From IMG/VR virus record IMGVR_UViG_3300032332_002377: a DNA stretch of 64,000 nucleotides. One strand, written 5' to 3'. Below are positions 19,715 to 30,187 of the stretch, one piece after another. The position numbers were made by a program, and so were the translations under genes. A model generated the notes under the pieces. The model was not told the DNA's origin, did no database searches, and saw nothing but the letters and a program-made list of their open reading frames with translations. The DNA comes from a virus (taxonomy: Duplodnaviria > Caudoviricetes). Numbering within the stretch: position 1 is the first letter of the stretch; every line of letters starts with the position of its first letter.

Positions 19715-20601
19715 GTTATTGGGTATAGAAGCTTGCTAAGCTCTAAGAATATTTTTGTTATTTTTCCACCAGCAACAGATGCATCGCCGCCGCCATCAAA
19801 AACTTTCTTAGCAAGAACTCCAAGATCTACAGGACACTCTCTTTTTTTTCTAATGCTTACGCTCGATGATGCTAAGTTGACACTAATAGCAATATCACAG
19901 TCATATGTTTTTATAATCTTATCACAAATTTCAGATGGATATATGTTATTGAACGTACTACACACTACAGTATTATTACTACTAATCTTCAAATTGCCCT
20001 TAAAGATTTTAAGGGATTTAAAAGTTAATTCTATTTTATCGGTAATATTGGTTATTAAATTTTCTTGCTGCTCAGTAAACCCTGCAAACCCATCTTTAAA
20101 TGTATTAAAAAATGTTGTAAGCTTGTCGTTATTAAATGAGCTAAAAAGATAATGCAATTTTAAAGATTCGGAAAATTTAAGCTGATAACTATCGTAATCA
20201 TCTATTAGCGAAATTAAAATTTTTTCTTCTCTAGTAAAAGGCGTCTTTAGTTTTTCTTTAAGTTTTTTATAAAGCAATAAAGTACAGCTTGATGCTTCTT
20301 GCGATTCTTGTCTTAAATTTTTGAATAATGTCTGTGTTACATTACGGTGATTAATATACACAACGTTAGGTAGATCAACGATATCACGAATTGCGTCAGT
20401 GATAGCTATGTCGCATATATAAATCTTTTTGTACTGTTCTTTGTTTTTTAAATTTAGAAAGTCGTCCTTAATTGTTTTCTCAGAAGTGCGTGTGTGGCCA
20501 AAATCTAATCCAATATATTTTCTTAATAAGTAATAACAACCAGCGCCGTCAATATCACAATCAGTAAATAAATATAGGTCTTCCCTGATGTTAGAGCTCA
20601 C
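19711..20601 (-). CDS. DHH/DHHA1-family protein with degenerate motifs
   Basis: DCDIDG and ICDIA motifs; DHH reads NHR; DDYD; SVSIR...GGGD instead of GGGH. Confidence 0.8.
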   Translation of the reverse strand: MSSNIREDLYLFTDCDIDGAGCYYLLRKYIGLDFGHTRTSEKTIKDDFLNLKNKEQYKKIYICDIAITDAIRDIVDLPNVVYINHRNVTQTLFKNLRQESQEASSCTLLLYKKLKEKLKTPFTREEKILISLIDDYDSYQLKFSESLKLHYLFSSFNNDKLTTFFNTFKDGFAGFTEQQENLITNITDKIELTFKSLKIFKGNLKISSNNTVVCSTFNNIYPSEICDKIIKTYDCDIAISVNLASSSVSIRKKRECPVDLGVLAKKVFDGGGDASVAGGKITKIFLELSKLLYPIT

Positions 20602-20630
20602 ATTCTATTTTACTAAAAAAAGTTGCTAAA

Positions 20631-21956
20631 TCAACTTAATGTAAGGCTATTCAGAGTAGCAATAGAAGAAGTAGAGGCTTCCGTATCGTTGTTGATCTCG
20701 TCTTCTGTGAGAGTTAGTGTAGAGTAATCAATCTTCATATTACAAACACCATAGTTTTCACCAAATCTATTCTTCATTAGACCCATCTTAATAACGCCTA
20801 ATTCTTTATCTGTGTCTTCTTGCCAAATACTCAATATTACATCTGCAGTGTGTCCAAGTCCCATAGATTCCGATAAAGTATTGAGTCCAGGGTCACTTAT
20901 GTCATAACCAGATCTATTTAGCTGTGTTGCAGAAATGATTGGGAAATCAAAAGAATAACTTATAGCTCTCAATTGTTCAGTTACATTCTTAACTCTTTCA
21001 TATGTGTTTGTTCCAATAGTTGAATGAAGTAAGTTAATATAATCAACTACTAGTGCATCAATCTTAACACCTTGATCTGTAATTTTCTTAATAAACGCTT
21101 TAAGATGATTACATGTAATTGTAGATGGTGGAAATTCTTTAATAATTAGCTTTGCTTTAGAATTTTCATTTTTGTATTCTTGTAGCTGCTGAAATAGCGT
21201 AGATGATTCAGATTTTAATTGATGAAAAGGTATTTTAGTTATATTTGCACAGATACGCTTTGCATATATAAGCTCAGGCATTTCTAAGGAAACCAACAAA
21301 ACAGTTTTGCCTTGAGAAGCAATATTAGCAGCTACGTTACCAAGAAAGATACTCTTTCCAATATTAGTTTCACCAGCAAAAACATATAATGCTCTTCCTT
21401 TCTCTAGAAACCCTCCACCCATCTTTTTATCAAGCCACTTCCATTTAGAAGGAATATATCTCTCTTCTGTATTTAAATCATCGACAATAACAGAAACATC
21501 TTCCAATAAGTCTAACCCTATATTAGTTGCAAGGCAAATATTACATGCCTTTTCAAATTTTTGCAATACAGCTGCTGTGTCAACCTTACCTTTCGTAATA
21601 TCATCAACAGTTTCTAGCATTGTAGTATATACTGCTTTCTCTTTTAAGAAAGATTCTGTATTAGCAGTGAGCTCATCAATGTTATAGCTTTTGTCAAAAT
21701 CCTTGATTACGCCAACAGCTGCTTTGAAGCTAGCTTTGAGTTCATCGGTAACAAGATGTGCTTTGATTTCTGTTACATTGGGCCGTGTACCGCGTGTAGA
21801 ATAAAAGTCTTTAATAACATCAAAAATATTTTTAATATCTTTACTTTTAAAGTATTCTGGCTTGAGATGATCAATAATAGAAGCAAGATATGAGTCGTCG
21901 GTTAGCGATTTATAGAGTATAATATTCTCAAAAAAATCTAAATCTAGCTTCTCCAT
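20631..21956 (-). CDS. gp41: Replicative DNA helicase (gp41/DnaB-like)
   Basis: AGETNIGKS, SLEM, VVDYINL, SATQLNR, KNRFG; start 6 nt after TATAAT. Confidence 0.95.
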   Translation of the reverse strand: MEKLDLDFFENIILYKSLTDDSYLASIIDHLKPEYFKSKDIKNIFDVIKDFYSTRGTRPNVTEIKAHLVTDELKASFKAAVGVIKDFDKSYNIDELTANTESFLKEKAVYTTMLETVDDITKGKVDTAAVLQKFEKACNICLATNIGLDLLEDVSVIVDDLNTEERYIPSKWKWLDKKMGGGFLEKGRALYVFAGETNIGKSIFLGNVAANIASQGKTVLLVSLEMPELIYAKRICANITKIPFHQLKSESSTLFQQLQEYKNENSKAKLIIKEFPPSTITCNHLKAFIKKITDQGVKIDALVVDYINLLHSTIGTNTYERVKNVTEQLRAISYSFDFPIISATQLNRSGYDISDPGLNTLSESMGLGHTADVILSIWQEDTDKELGVIKMGLMKNRFGENYGVCNMKIDYSTLTLTEDEINNDTEASTSSIATLNSLTLS

Positions 21957-21963
21957 AATTCTA

Positions 21964-22638
21964 TTATACACCTACTTTTGAATATTCCCTAATAAATCTT
22001 TCTTCACTATCAACAAACAATTTATTATTAATATCAAGAAGCCCAGGAGAACTATGAATTACCCATATAGGCGCAACACCAAGCTTTAGCTTCATATCAT
22101 TAGCATCAAGTGAGCTTGCAATGTCGTAGTGATGAAAAGTATAGTTTTCATTAAACTTCCAGTTTGTATTTTTTATGCTTGAAGTTTTAATGCTAAGAAA
22201 GAGCCCATCAAGAACAGCTACTCTGCAGGGAGTTACACCAAAGCTCGTCATAGCAATTTCCTTGGGACCTGCAGGGTGTGCGACAGCACCTCTCAGATTG
22301 TCGCTATGAAATCCTCCACACATCAAATGCCACAAAGCAGGTTTTTGAATCTTAGGATTAATGCCACCTGCAAGCCCAACAATATCAAATTTCTCATGAG
22401 CTTCTTCAAGCTTCTCACAAACCGCAAGATCATCAATATAAACATCATCATGAACAAATACAATATATTCATACTTATCTTTACACTTCTCTAGAAAGTC
22501 ATTATAGCGTTTGCTCAGCCCTTCAGTATTGTGCTCGTTAAAGGCCATATATACTTTACTTCCAAGCTTTGCTACTGATTTATAGTATGGTGTGTGTTTA
22601 ATGTCGTCTCTTGTAACACTATAGAATGCTGTTTTCAT
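21964..22638 (-). CDS. GT-A fold glycosyltransferase (GT2-like)
   Basis: FVHDDV, IVGLAG, LDGLFL, FHHYD, HSSPG. Confidence 0.8.
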   Translation of the reverse strand: MKTAFYSVTRDDIKHTPYYKSVAKLGSKVYMAFNEHNTEGLSKRYNDFLEKCKDKYEYIVFVHDDVYIDDLAVCEKLEEAHEKFDIVGLAGGINPKIQKPALWHLMCGGFHSDNLRGAVAHPAGPKEIAMTSFGVTPCRVAVLDGLFLSIKTSSIKNTNWKFNENYTFHHYDIASSLDANDMKLKLGVAPIWVIHSSPGLLDINNKLFVDSEERFIREYSKVGV

Positions 22639-23321
22639 TATGTAAAAAATGGTGAATTGGATTTGAATGTACCTACAGATGTCAGACCTTCTACAGTTTG
22701 TAAGTAGAGTACACCCTCTTCTAGAGGTTTATAATCGCTATATTTAATAGATGAAAAATTATTGGTAAGGAAGTCAGCATAGAGTGTACTGCCTGAACGA
22801 GCAAGATATACGTGATTGTTCTTAGAATTTAAAATCCAAAGACCGAAGTTACCGCGAAGCATCGAGAGCGCGTTGCAGATAATATTAGTTTCATTTTTTT
22901 CACTTTTACTATAGTGATCTATTAGAGCGGGTATCAATGATGAATCAACATCATTAATTGTTTTATATTTTTTAAGTAGTGCTCTAAGTTCTTTCTCATT
23001 GCTCAAAACACCATTGTGCGCAATATACCATTTGCCTGTATTAAAAGGGTGCGATGTTGCATGTGAGTATGCTCTGGCTGCAGATGTTGGAGCTTGTGAG
23101 TGTCCGAGATAGTTTTTAAAGTCGTTGAAACTCTTTCTTTTATTGTGTTTCAATTCAAGATATAGTTTATCTGTTAGCTTAAAGACGCCTGCAGATTTAA
23201 TAGATGCATGTAAAGATTCATCAATCATTATGGATCCATATGCAAAATCACCGCGAGCCCTGTTTTTAGCATAGAGCTTTACATACGTCTTATATTCACT
23301 AGATCCAAATATTCCGCACAT
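22638..23321 (-). CDS. Class II (Ntn) glutamine amidotransferase, stand-alone Gat
   Basis: MCGIFG with catalytic Cys1; RG, HPF, AHNG, VDS. Confidence 0.88.
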   Translation of the reverse strand: MCGIFGSSEYKTYVKLYAKNRARGDFAYGSIMIDESLHASIKSAGVFKLTDKLYLELKHNKRKSFNDFKNYLGHSQAPTSAARAYSHATSHPFNTGKWYIAHNGVLSNEKELRALLKKYKTINDVDSSLIPALIDHYSKSEKNETNIICNALSMLRGNFGLWILNSKNNHVYLARSGSTLYADFLTNNFSSIKYSDYKPLEEGVLYLQTVEGLTSVGTFKSNSPFFT

Positions 23322-23359
23322 TACGTAATATTATAGTATAAAATAATAAATATTTCAAC

Positions 23360-24307
23360 ATGAATAACGATTCAAAGCTCATATTTGAGGCTTATTTTAA
23401 TAAACAGTCACTTTTAAATGAATTAGACTATGGTGCTTCTGATTTTGGTGGTGCTTTTGGTGGTGTCATTAAAAAAGCCAAATCCAATGAACTGCCTGGT
23501 AGAGGTTATTTGATAGGAAATATTGCAGACAGTCTTGGAATATCTCAAGAAGAAGCTGCTAATAAATTGACTAGTGCAGTCTTTTCTAATCTTTTTAAAC
23601 AAAATAAATCTACAATAGCTGGACAAGAGGTGGAGTATGTAAATCCTGCCAAAAATAAAGATCAATTTATGGTTGAGGTTAAAAAAGCTATTACAAAAGC
23701 TATTGACAGTCTCAAGAAAGAAAACCCTCAATTAAAAATACCTGGAAGCGATGCAATAAAAGGCTACACGGCTAGAGTTTTAGTTAATTTAGGTACATTT
23801 ATAAGCGATGTAGTACCTACAAAAGTAGGAATAAAAGCTCCAGTTGCTGCTGTAAAAGATTTAAGATCTGCAATAATTAAAACAGATGCAAAATCAGTAG
23901 CATCTGTTGAGTCAACGGAAGACAGATACATAAGAAGTAATGCTAAATTTATTCGCGATTTTCAAAGAGTATATGCTGAGATGCCTGATGAAATAGCAAT
24001 TAAAAAAGGTGATGATTTTTATAAATCTGAAGCTTTGATGGATGCAGTAAAAGATGCTATAGTGCAAGCTTATGATGTAAAAACTTCTAATGATAAAGAA
24101 TTTTTAGCAGATTTTGTTAGCTCATTAGAAGCAAAAAGCGGCTATACTTTATCTACAGAAAAAAAACAAGCTGAAGGTGAAGGTACAGGTGAAATTTCAA
24201 CTATAGAAGATAGCGGTGGGTTAACTCCAGTAGAAATTTTACAAGATCTTGGAACTTGGAGTAGAGATGCAGGCTTTGATCAATTCGATAAATACAGCTC
24301 TTATTAA
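23360..24307 (+). CDS. Late hypothetical protein, probable internal head protein
   Basis: TAAATA 7 nt upstream; MNNDSKLIFEAY...LLNE. Confidence 0.65.
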   Translation: MNNDSKLIFEAYFNKQSLLNELDYGASDFGGAFGGVIKKAKSNELPGRGYLIGNIADSLGISQEEAANKLTSAVFSNLFKQNKSTIAGQEVEYVNPAKNKDQFMVEVKKAITKAIDSLKKENPQLKIPGSDAIKGYTARVLVNLGTFISDVVPTKVGIKAPVAAVKDLRSAIIKTDAKSVASVESTEDRYIRSNAKFIRDFQRVYAEMPDEIAIKKGDDFYKSEALMDAVKDAIVQAYDVKTSNDKEFLADFVSSLEAKSGYTLSTEKKQAEGEGTGEISTIEDSGGLTPVEILQDLGTWSRDAGFDQFDKYSSY

Positions 24308-24352
24308 TTTGCTGGCTCTGGTTTATTTTGTTTAATATCATAAGTTAACTAG

Positions 24353-25339
24353 ATGAGAGTAAAGATAGTTGGTTGCGGTCTTTCAGGGGTTACAGCAGCG
24401 ATCCTTTTGCAAGACAAAGGACATGAAGTAGAAATATTCGAATCGAGAACACATATAGGTGGTAACTGTTATGATAGTAATGTAGCAGGTACTTTAATGC
24501 ATAGCTACGGTCCACACTGTTTTCATACAGATGATGAAGATGTAATGAATTTTTTGAGTCGTTATACTGGTTGGTTAGATTTTCACTTAAGACCAAAAGG
24601 CAACACAGAATTAGGCTTGATATCATTGCCTTATAGTAAAACAACTATCGAAGAGTTGAAAAGAGAATTAACACAAGAAGAAATTATCAAATATATTTTT
24701 AAAGGATACTCTGAAAAACAGTGGGGTGTATCGTTTGATCAAATCCCTAAGAGTATTATTAGCAGAATTCCAAAAACAGCAGATAAGGTAAATCCAACTT
24801 GGTTTGAGGGGCAAAAATATCAATGCGTACCTCTCAAGGGATATACTGAAATGTTTAAGAGCATGCTTGAAGACATACCTGTACACCTGGGTGTAAAGCA
24901 GAATGAATGGAAAAAGGTAGAAGCAGATTTAACCATATTTACAGGTAAAATAGATGAGTATTATGATTATATAAATGGCTGGCTGCCCTACAGGTCTTTA
25001 TATTTTGAGCATACTCTAAGCTATAAAAAACAAGAACATTTTATTATAAATCAAAATAAAAAAGAAGTGCCATATACAAGAAGTTATGACCATAGTTACA
25101 CACATTTTAATCATAAGGGTCCAACAATTATAACAAAAGAATTTTCTATAGCTCATGATAAGAATAATATACCATTTTATCCGATGCCTTTTGGTGAAGG
25201 AGCAGAAATTTATAATAAATATGGTGCGCTAGCTAAAAAAGAGAAGAATGTAATTTTTCTTGGGCGTCTTGCTACTTACAAGTATCTAGATATGTGGATG
25301 GCAGTAAGGCAGGCTATGCAAAAAATAGAGCTAGTTTAA
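24353..25339 (+). CDS. glf: UDP-galactopyranose mutase
   Basis: IVGCGLSG, HIGGNCYD, YGPHCFHT, LPYRSL, PFYP, GRLATYKYLDM. Confidence 0.95.
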   Translation: MRVKIVGCGLSGVTAAILLQDKGHEVEIFESRTHIGGNCYDSNVAGTLMHSYGPHCFHTDDEDVMNFLSRYTGWLDFHLRPKGNTELGLISLPYSKTTIEELKRELTQEEIIKYIFKGYSEKQWGVSFDQIPKSIISRIPKTADKVNPTWFEGQKYQCVPLKGYTEMFKSMLEDIPVHLGVKQNEWKKVEADLTIFTGKIDEYYDYINGWLPYRSLYFEHTLSYKKQEHFIINQNKKEVPYTRSYDHSYTHFNHKGPTIITKEFSIAHDKNNIPFYPMPFGEGAEIYNKYGALAKKEKNVIFLGRLATYKYLDMWMAVRQAMQKIELV

Positions 25340-26071
25340 TTTTTTACAATTATATTTCTTCCAAGGTATCTCAATCTTATAAGAAATAGGGTCTATAAAC
25401 CCTGCATCTAAAAAGCCTTTGATGCGTAAAGAACAGGCTGTACATTCACCGCAAGCTTGTTCTTCTCCCTCATAGCAAGTCCAAGTCTGACTAAATTCAA
25501 CACCAAGCTTAACACCGAGTTTAATGATTTCTTCTTTAGATTTATCAATTAAAGGAGCTATAACTTTAATCCTGTTTCTTCGATTTAAATCACTAACTTT
25601 ATTAATTTGATTGAGAAATTCAACACTGCCATCCCAAAATCCAGCAATACTATCAGCTTGTGCTGCTCCGTGGAAAACAGCAGAAGCTCCAGTGCTTTCT
25701 GCTATACCAAGTGAAATGCTTAAAAGCATTAAATTCCTAAATGGTACGTAATTGACGGTCTGCGGGTCGCCCATTACATCCTTGGCTTTCGCAATAGCAA
25801 TATTACTATTAGTTAGTGCAGATGTTTGACAAATATCTTTAAAAAAAGGAATTTTTATGAATCTGTAGTCAACTGGTTGATCAAGGCTTTCTACCTGAAA
25901 CGAGGCACAGTTAAGTTCTTTCTCACGATGCTTTTGACCATAATCAAAACTTACAGCTACAATACTATCGTATTTACGAGCTGCATAATGTAGCAGGACA
26001 GTACTATCCATGCCACCTGAGATAGGTACAACAGCCTTACTCGACTGGCTCTTCTTCTGTTTGCGCTTCAT
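25331..26071 (-). CDS. queC: 7-cyano-7-deazaguanine synthase
   Basis: SGGMDS PP-loop, FDYGQKH, YVPFRN, TWTCY, CGECTACSLR. Confidence 0.95.
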   Translation of the reverse strand: MKRKQKKSQSSKAVVPISGGMDSTVLLHYAARKYDSIVAVSFDYGQKHREKELNCASFQVESLDQPVDYRFIKIPFFKDICQTSALTNSNIAIAKAKDVMGDPQTVNYVPFRNLMLLSISLGIAESTGASAVFHGAAQADSIAGFWDGSVEFLNQINKVSDLNRRNRIKVIAPLIDKSKEEIIKLGVKLGVEFSQTWTCYEGEEQACGECTACSLRIKGFLDAGFIDPISYKIEIPWKKYNCKKLN

Positions 26072-27155
26072 TTGTATTGTATTTGTATTCTTGTTCTAAG
26101 CGCTTGTCGAGTTCTGGAATGATAAATTCCTCGTAGAAAGCGGGGTCTTTAGCAAATGTCTTTGCATAACCTAGTTTATCACCTTTTTTGTATTTTCCAC
26201 TAGTGATACCTACTGTATATGTTGCACCATTTTGTTCAATGATGCCTCTTGCAACTGCCATACCTAGTAAACCACTATATTTGTTGAGCCCTGTTTTAAA
26301 GGAAAGATACATTTCTGTCTCTAAGAACGGTGGAAGAAAGCGATTCTTCACAGTTAATGCTCTCAAGGTTGTACCAGAGTATTTGTTAGCTTCTGCAAGC
26401 TTCTTGTCTTCTGCATCCATGGAATCACCTTCACCCTCCTTCTCGTGACGTTTAGCTAGCTGTACAAGAATACTAGCCATATATACTGGTCCGGAACCAC
26501 CTGCTTGATTCTTAACAAGACTAGGGAACATTGAAGCTGGGTCATCGTATGTATGATTAGTAAATAGAATTGTAACACCAGCTTTGGCAGCTTTGAATGT
26601 TAGGGTACGGAACATGCTCTTAAGAGACTTAGCACGCAGACCCATATCTGATGCAGATTTATCTTTTGCAACGTCGTCAAGTTCTTTCTGTGAAGCTAGG
26701 TTGCCCAAGCTATCAATGCTAATAATAAATTTACCTCTAGCGTTGTTTTCAATTACACTATCAAGAAATGCACTAATTTGATTGCGGCACTGATCAATTG
26801 TATCAACTGGTACATACTTGGTATTTTCAGGATCCAATCCTACACCCTTGGTACTATTTTCATCGATAGCAATTTCTGTATCAAAGATAACAGGGGTAAG
26901 ACCTCTTTTTTGCGCTGTAGCAAGAATCTTATTTACGATAAATGTCTTACCTGTCTGACTGGGTCCAGAGAATCCAGTTATTCTTCCCTTAGGTACACCA
27001 CCACCGCGGCAACTGCCACCGAGAATAGCGTTAAGAGCATAGCATCCTGTATCAAACCACTCATCAACTTTACTAAGTGCATTTTCATTTAACATCGATG
27101 CTTCGCTGTTTAGTTTATCAAGCGAAGCAAAAATCTTGTTCATATCTTTGTTCAT
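26037..27155 (-). CDS. uvsX: RecA/UvsX recombinase
   Basis: GPSQTGKT, FDTE, IDSLGNL, TNHTY, KNRF. Confidence 0.93.
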   Translation of the reverse strand: MNKDMNKIFASLDKLNSEASMLNENALSKVDEWFDTGCYALNAILGGSCRGGGVPKGRITGFSGPSQTGKTFIVNKILATAQKRGLTPVIFDTEIAIDENSTKGVGLDPENTKYVPVDTIDQCRNQISAFLDSVIENNARGKFIISIDSLGNLASQKELDDVAKDKSASDMGLRAKSLKSMFRTLTFKAAKAGVTILFTNHTYDDPASMFPSLVKNQAGGSGPVYMASILVQLAKRHEKEGEGDSMDAEDKKLAEANKYSGTTLRALTVKNRFLPPFLETEMYLSFKTGLNKYSGLLGMAVARGIIEQNGATYTVGITSGKYKKGDKLGYAKTFAKDPAFYEEFIIPELDKRLEQEYKYNTNEAQTEEEPVE

Positions 27156-27192
27156 AGGTCTAGTATGAATGATTGAATGGAGATATCAACTA

Positions 27193-27537
27193 TTATTCGT
27201 CAAAAAGTTTAATAACTTTTTGGTCATCAGCAACTGGTGCTGCACCGGAGAACAATCTGTTATACTGCTCTAACAATCTAGTATCGTTCTCAATATCAAC
27301 ACCTACAACAATACTATTCTTGTTAAATCTCCAAGAGGTACCACTGTTCTTATTCTTGTCTGAAACAAACTCTCTAAAATAAAGAGGAATTGTTTGTACA
27401 TTAAGCTGGCCCTGTTGAGTAGGCTGCACGTGAATAATAGCTGGGTTCTTGACAGTGAGAGATGTCTCTGTACTTTCAACTTCTTCAGCTAGGATGGTTC
27501 TACCAATGTGATCAATAAAGGTTGTAATTTTGCTCAT
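27193..27537 (-). CDS. Hypothetical protein, possible Sm-like fold
   Basis: Beta-rich (GRTILAE, TVKNPA); own TTGATT-16-TAATAT promoter. Confidence 0.55.
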   Translation of the reverse strand: MSKITTFIDHIGRTILAEEVESTETSLTVKNPAIIHVQPTQQGQLNVQTIPLYFREFVSDKNKNSGTSWRFNKNSIVVGVDIENDTRLLEQYNRLFSGAAPVADDQKVIKLFDE

Positions 27538-27567
27538 GTAAATATATTACTGTATTAATTTAAGAAA

Positions 27568-30153
27568 TCAAGTACTTAAAAGTTCAAAAAGATCAGTCTG
27601 TACTTGCGCACCTGGTGATATTAGCTTCCAGTTAACAGCTTCGTAGAATCTATCCATAACAGAAAAGACAATCTTTTCAAACATCTTTTCTCTATCAGGT
27701 TCAAATATATCAATAAATTCCTTAGGGAAATAATACTTATAGCCTAAAACAGATACACCATATTTGTTTGGTTGACGCACATAAAAGAATTTAACTTTAT
27801 CACCTGAGCCAATTTTCTCATATTTTTTATCTAATTTAAATTTCTCAAGCAATAGATTATGATAATATGCAGCTTTGACGTGTATAGGCATGTGCTTAGC
27901 TGTTGAGAAGTTATCACATTGAGCGGCGTACTTTTCATACCCTTTGCACCCCATAACAAATGCAATTTCATCTACAGAAAGACTTTTAAATAAATCATAC
28001 GTCTCAGAAAATACCTTGTTTGTTTCAGTATGACTTTTTGTCATTAGCATAGTTTCAATAATTTTTTTTACATGAGGTTTAATAGCCTTAGGCATCGTTG
28101 TCCTTACAACTTCAACGCCAGTGTATTTAAATTTATTACAAGGGATACCCTCTTCATCGAGAATATGTAGAACATAGCGTTTTTTCTGTAAGAAGAGACC
28201 AACATCAGCAATAGCTTCACGCTTGAAAAGCAGTCTGCAGTCCTTAGAATTGAGTGCAGAAGCTCCCCATTTTTTTATCTGCACATTGAGATAGTCTTCT
28301 ATCTCCTGTACAATTTTATAATATTCATCAGTAACGGCACCATTTTTGTTGAGCATTTTAATATCAAGGCTTTTTATAAGTTGCTTGATAGAGATGTAGC
28401 TAGAATCTGTATCATTATAAATGATAGGATTGTCGTTGTTAATATCTGCATCTGTAAGGTTTGCTTTGTTTTTAATAAAATCTATTAGAAGTTTATTGGA
28501 CTGCTTAATTACAGCTTGTCCAGTTAATGTAATTGATTCTGCTAATTCATCATCACCCAATGGACTGTGCTTGTTGCCAAAGTAACCATAAATTGTATTA
28601 ATAAGAATCTTAATAGTATGTTGCTGGATATTGAGATTATCAGAAAGATTTTTTGTCTTTGTAAGCTCAGCGTCATCCTCTTTTAACATGGCGAGCTTTC
28701 TCTTGACAGCTTTAAGCTGCTTTTTTAAAGCAACACGCTTCTCATAATAATGATCAACAGTTTCAGGAATAATACCCTTCTCTTTTTGAGAAAAAAGAAC
28801 CTTAGCCTTGGATATAGCTATTTGTTCTTTCTGAACAAATTTAATAAAAGCATCTGTTGTGAGATTAAACGTTTGACCATTAACATGTTTGATAGTAACT
28901 TGTTTATCAGTTTTCTCAGTAATGACGCCTACCTTTGTTTCAGGTGATAAATTAAGAGTAATCATTACGTTGGGGTATAGGCTGTTAGCATCAAAAGAAA
29001 CAACATTCTCTTGAAATCCTTTCTTAGGTTCACCTACATAAGCACCAGCATTTTGTTCTTCACTTTCTCTGCCTTTGTTGAAAGTTGGTATTCTTAAATT
29101 GCGGTGGCGTGCTCTAATTGCACAAAGACCAGTGATGACAGACAATGATCCAAGAGCGCCTTCAAGTGTAGTCAATCCTGCGTATGCTATCATTCTTAAG
29201 AGTTGTAAGTATTGAAGTTTTTCCTCAAGTCTAATCAGAAGATTAACGTCTTGTATGTTATAATCTACGAACAATTCCCAGTTCTCATCTGCTAGGCTAG
29301 CAAGATTTGTATCACCATAGTCAATCTTGTTTTCACCGAGCTCAGTCTCACCAATGGAGTCCAGCTTATATGATTCGCGTAATACAGGGCAAAAACGCTT
29401 ATAAATGTCTAGATAGTCAACGCAAGATACACCCTCAATATGCCAGTGTACTTGCTCTCTACCAAATTTACCAGTAAATGTAATAGGCCTAATAATACCC
29501 ACAGGGGAGAGTCTCTTTGAGGCATCTTCACCTAAAATTCTAGCTATGCGATTAACAATATAAGGAATATCAAAAAATTCAGAATTCCATCCTGAAAGAA
29601 TATCAGGGTAATCAGATTGAAAGTACTTTAAGAACTTTTCTAATAGCTCTTTTTCAGTGCTGCATTTAAAATAAATCCCGTTATCATTCTTCTTGCTGTA
29701 TGATTTTAATCCCCAAGTAATAAACTGCTTTTTAAGCGAGTCATAGACTGTAATAATATTGATAGGATGCTGTGGATCACTAGGGACAGGAAATTCATCA
29801 GGGCTATATGTTTCAATATCAATAAAAAGCACTCTGATAGGGAATTTGCTAAACTCTTCTTTTTCATTATCTTGCCAGTATGTATCAATAAGGAATTGCT
29901 GTTGTACGTTAAGATTCTCAAATACTCTCTCAATTTTATTATCTTTTAAAAATCTATATCGTTCAGCTTGATTTTTAAATCTTTTCTTTTTGAGTTTGGT
30001 ATTAAAAATACTAAAGACATCTTCTTTATTGTTTGTTTCTAGATAAATGTATGGTTCAAAAGTTGTATCATAAGATATGCGGTTCCCGCTATCATCCCAA
30101 GTAAAGACACGTATTACTTGGTCTCTCGGAATATAGGCTACATTTCTAAACAC
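27568..30153 (-). CDS. gp43: Family B DNA polymerase
   Basis: ExoI DIET, ExoII GWNSEFFD, ExoIII YNIQD, SFDANSLYP, KILINTIYG, YNDTDS, KKRY; no intein. Confidence 0.97.
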   Translation of the reverse strand: MFRNVAYIPRDQVIRVFTWDDSGNRISYDTTFEPYIYLETNNKEDVFSIFNTKLKKKRFKNQAERYRFLKDNKIERVFENLNVQQQFLIDTYWQDNEKEEFSKFPIRVLFIDIETYSPDEFPVPSDPQHPINIITVYDSLKKQFITWGLKSYSKKNDNGIYFKCSTEKELLEKFLKYFQSDYPDILSGWNSEFFDIPYIVNRIARILGEDASKRLSPVGIIRPITFTGKFGREQVHWHIEGVSCVDYLDIYKRFCPVLRESYKLDSIGETELGENKIDYGDTNLASLADENWELFVDYNIQDVNLLIRLEEKLQYLQLLRMIAYAGLTTLEGALGSLSVITGLCAIRARHRNLRIPTFNKGRESEEQNAGAYVGEPKKGFQENVVSFDANSLYPNVMITLNLSPETKVGVITEKTDKQVTIKHVNGQTFNLTTDAFIKFVQKEQIAISKAKVLFSQKEKGIIPETVDHYYEKRVALKKQLKAVKRKLAMLKEDDAELTKTKNLSDNLNIQQHTIKILINTIYGYFGNKHSPLGDDELAESITLTGQAVIKQSNKLLIDFIKNKANLTDADINNDNPIIYNDTDSSYISIKQLIKSLDIKMLNKNGAVTDEYYKIVQEIEDYLNVQIKKWGASALNSKDCRLLFKREAIADVGLFLQKKRYVLHILDEEGIPCNKFKYTGVEVVRTTMPKAIKPHVKKIIETMLMTKSHTETNKVFSETYDLFKSLSVDEIAFVMGCKGYEKYAAQCDNFSTAKHMPIHVKAAYYHNLLLEKFKLDKKYEKIGSGDKVKFFYVRQPNKYGVSVLGYKYYFPKEFIDIFEPDREKMFEKIVFSVMDRFYEAVNWKLISPGAQVQTDLFELLST

Positions 30154-30159
30154 AATAAA

Positions 30160-30187
30160 ATTATAAAAGAACTAAAAAAATTATCAA
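30160..30187 (-). promoter_or_regulatory. Sigma70-type promoter of polB
   Basis: TTGATA-16 bp-TATAAT, 6 nt before GTG 30153. Confidence 0.75.

Noticed and set aside
7575-30153. Inteins or introns in terminase, helicase, UvsX or PolB
   Set aside because: Lengths are normal, motifs contiguous, and no splice-junction signatures were seen.
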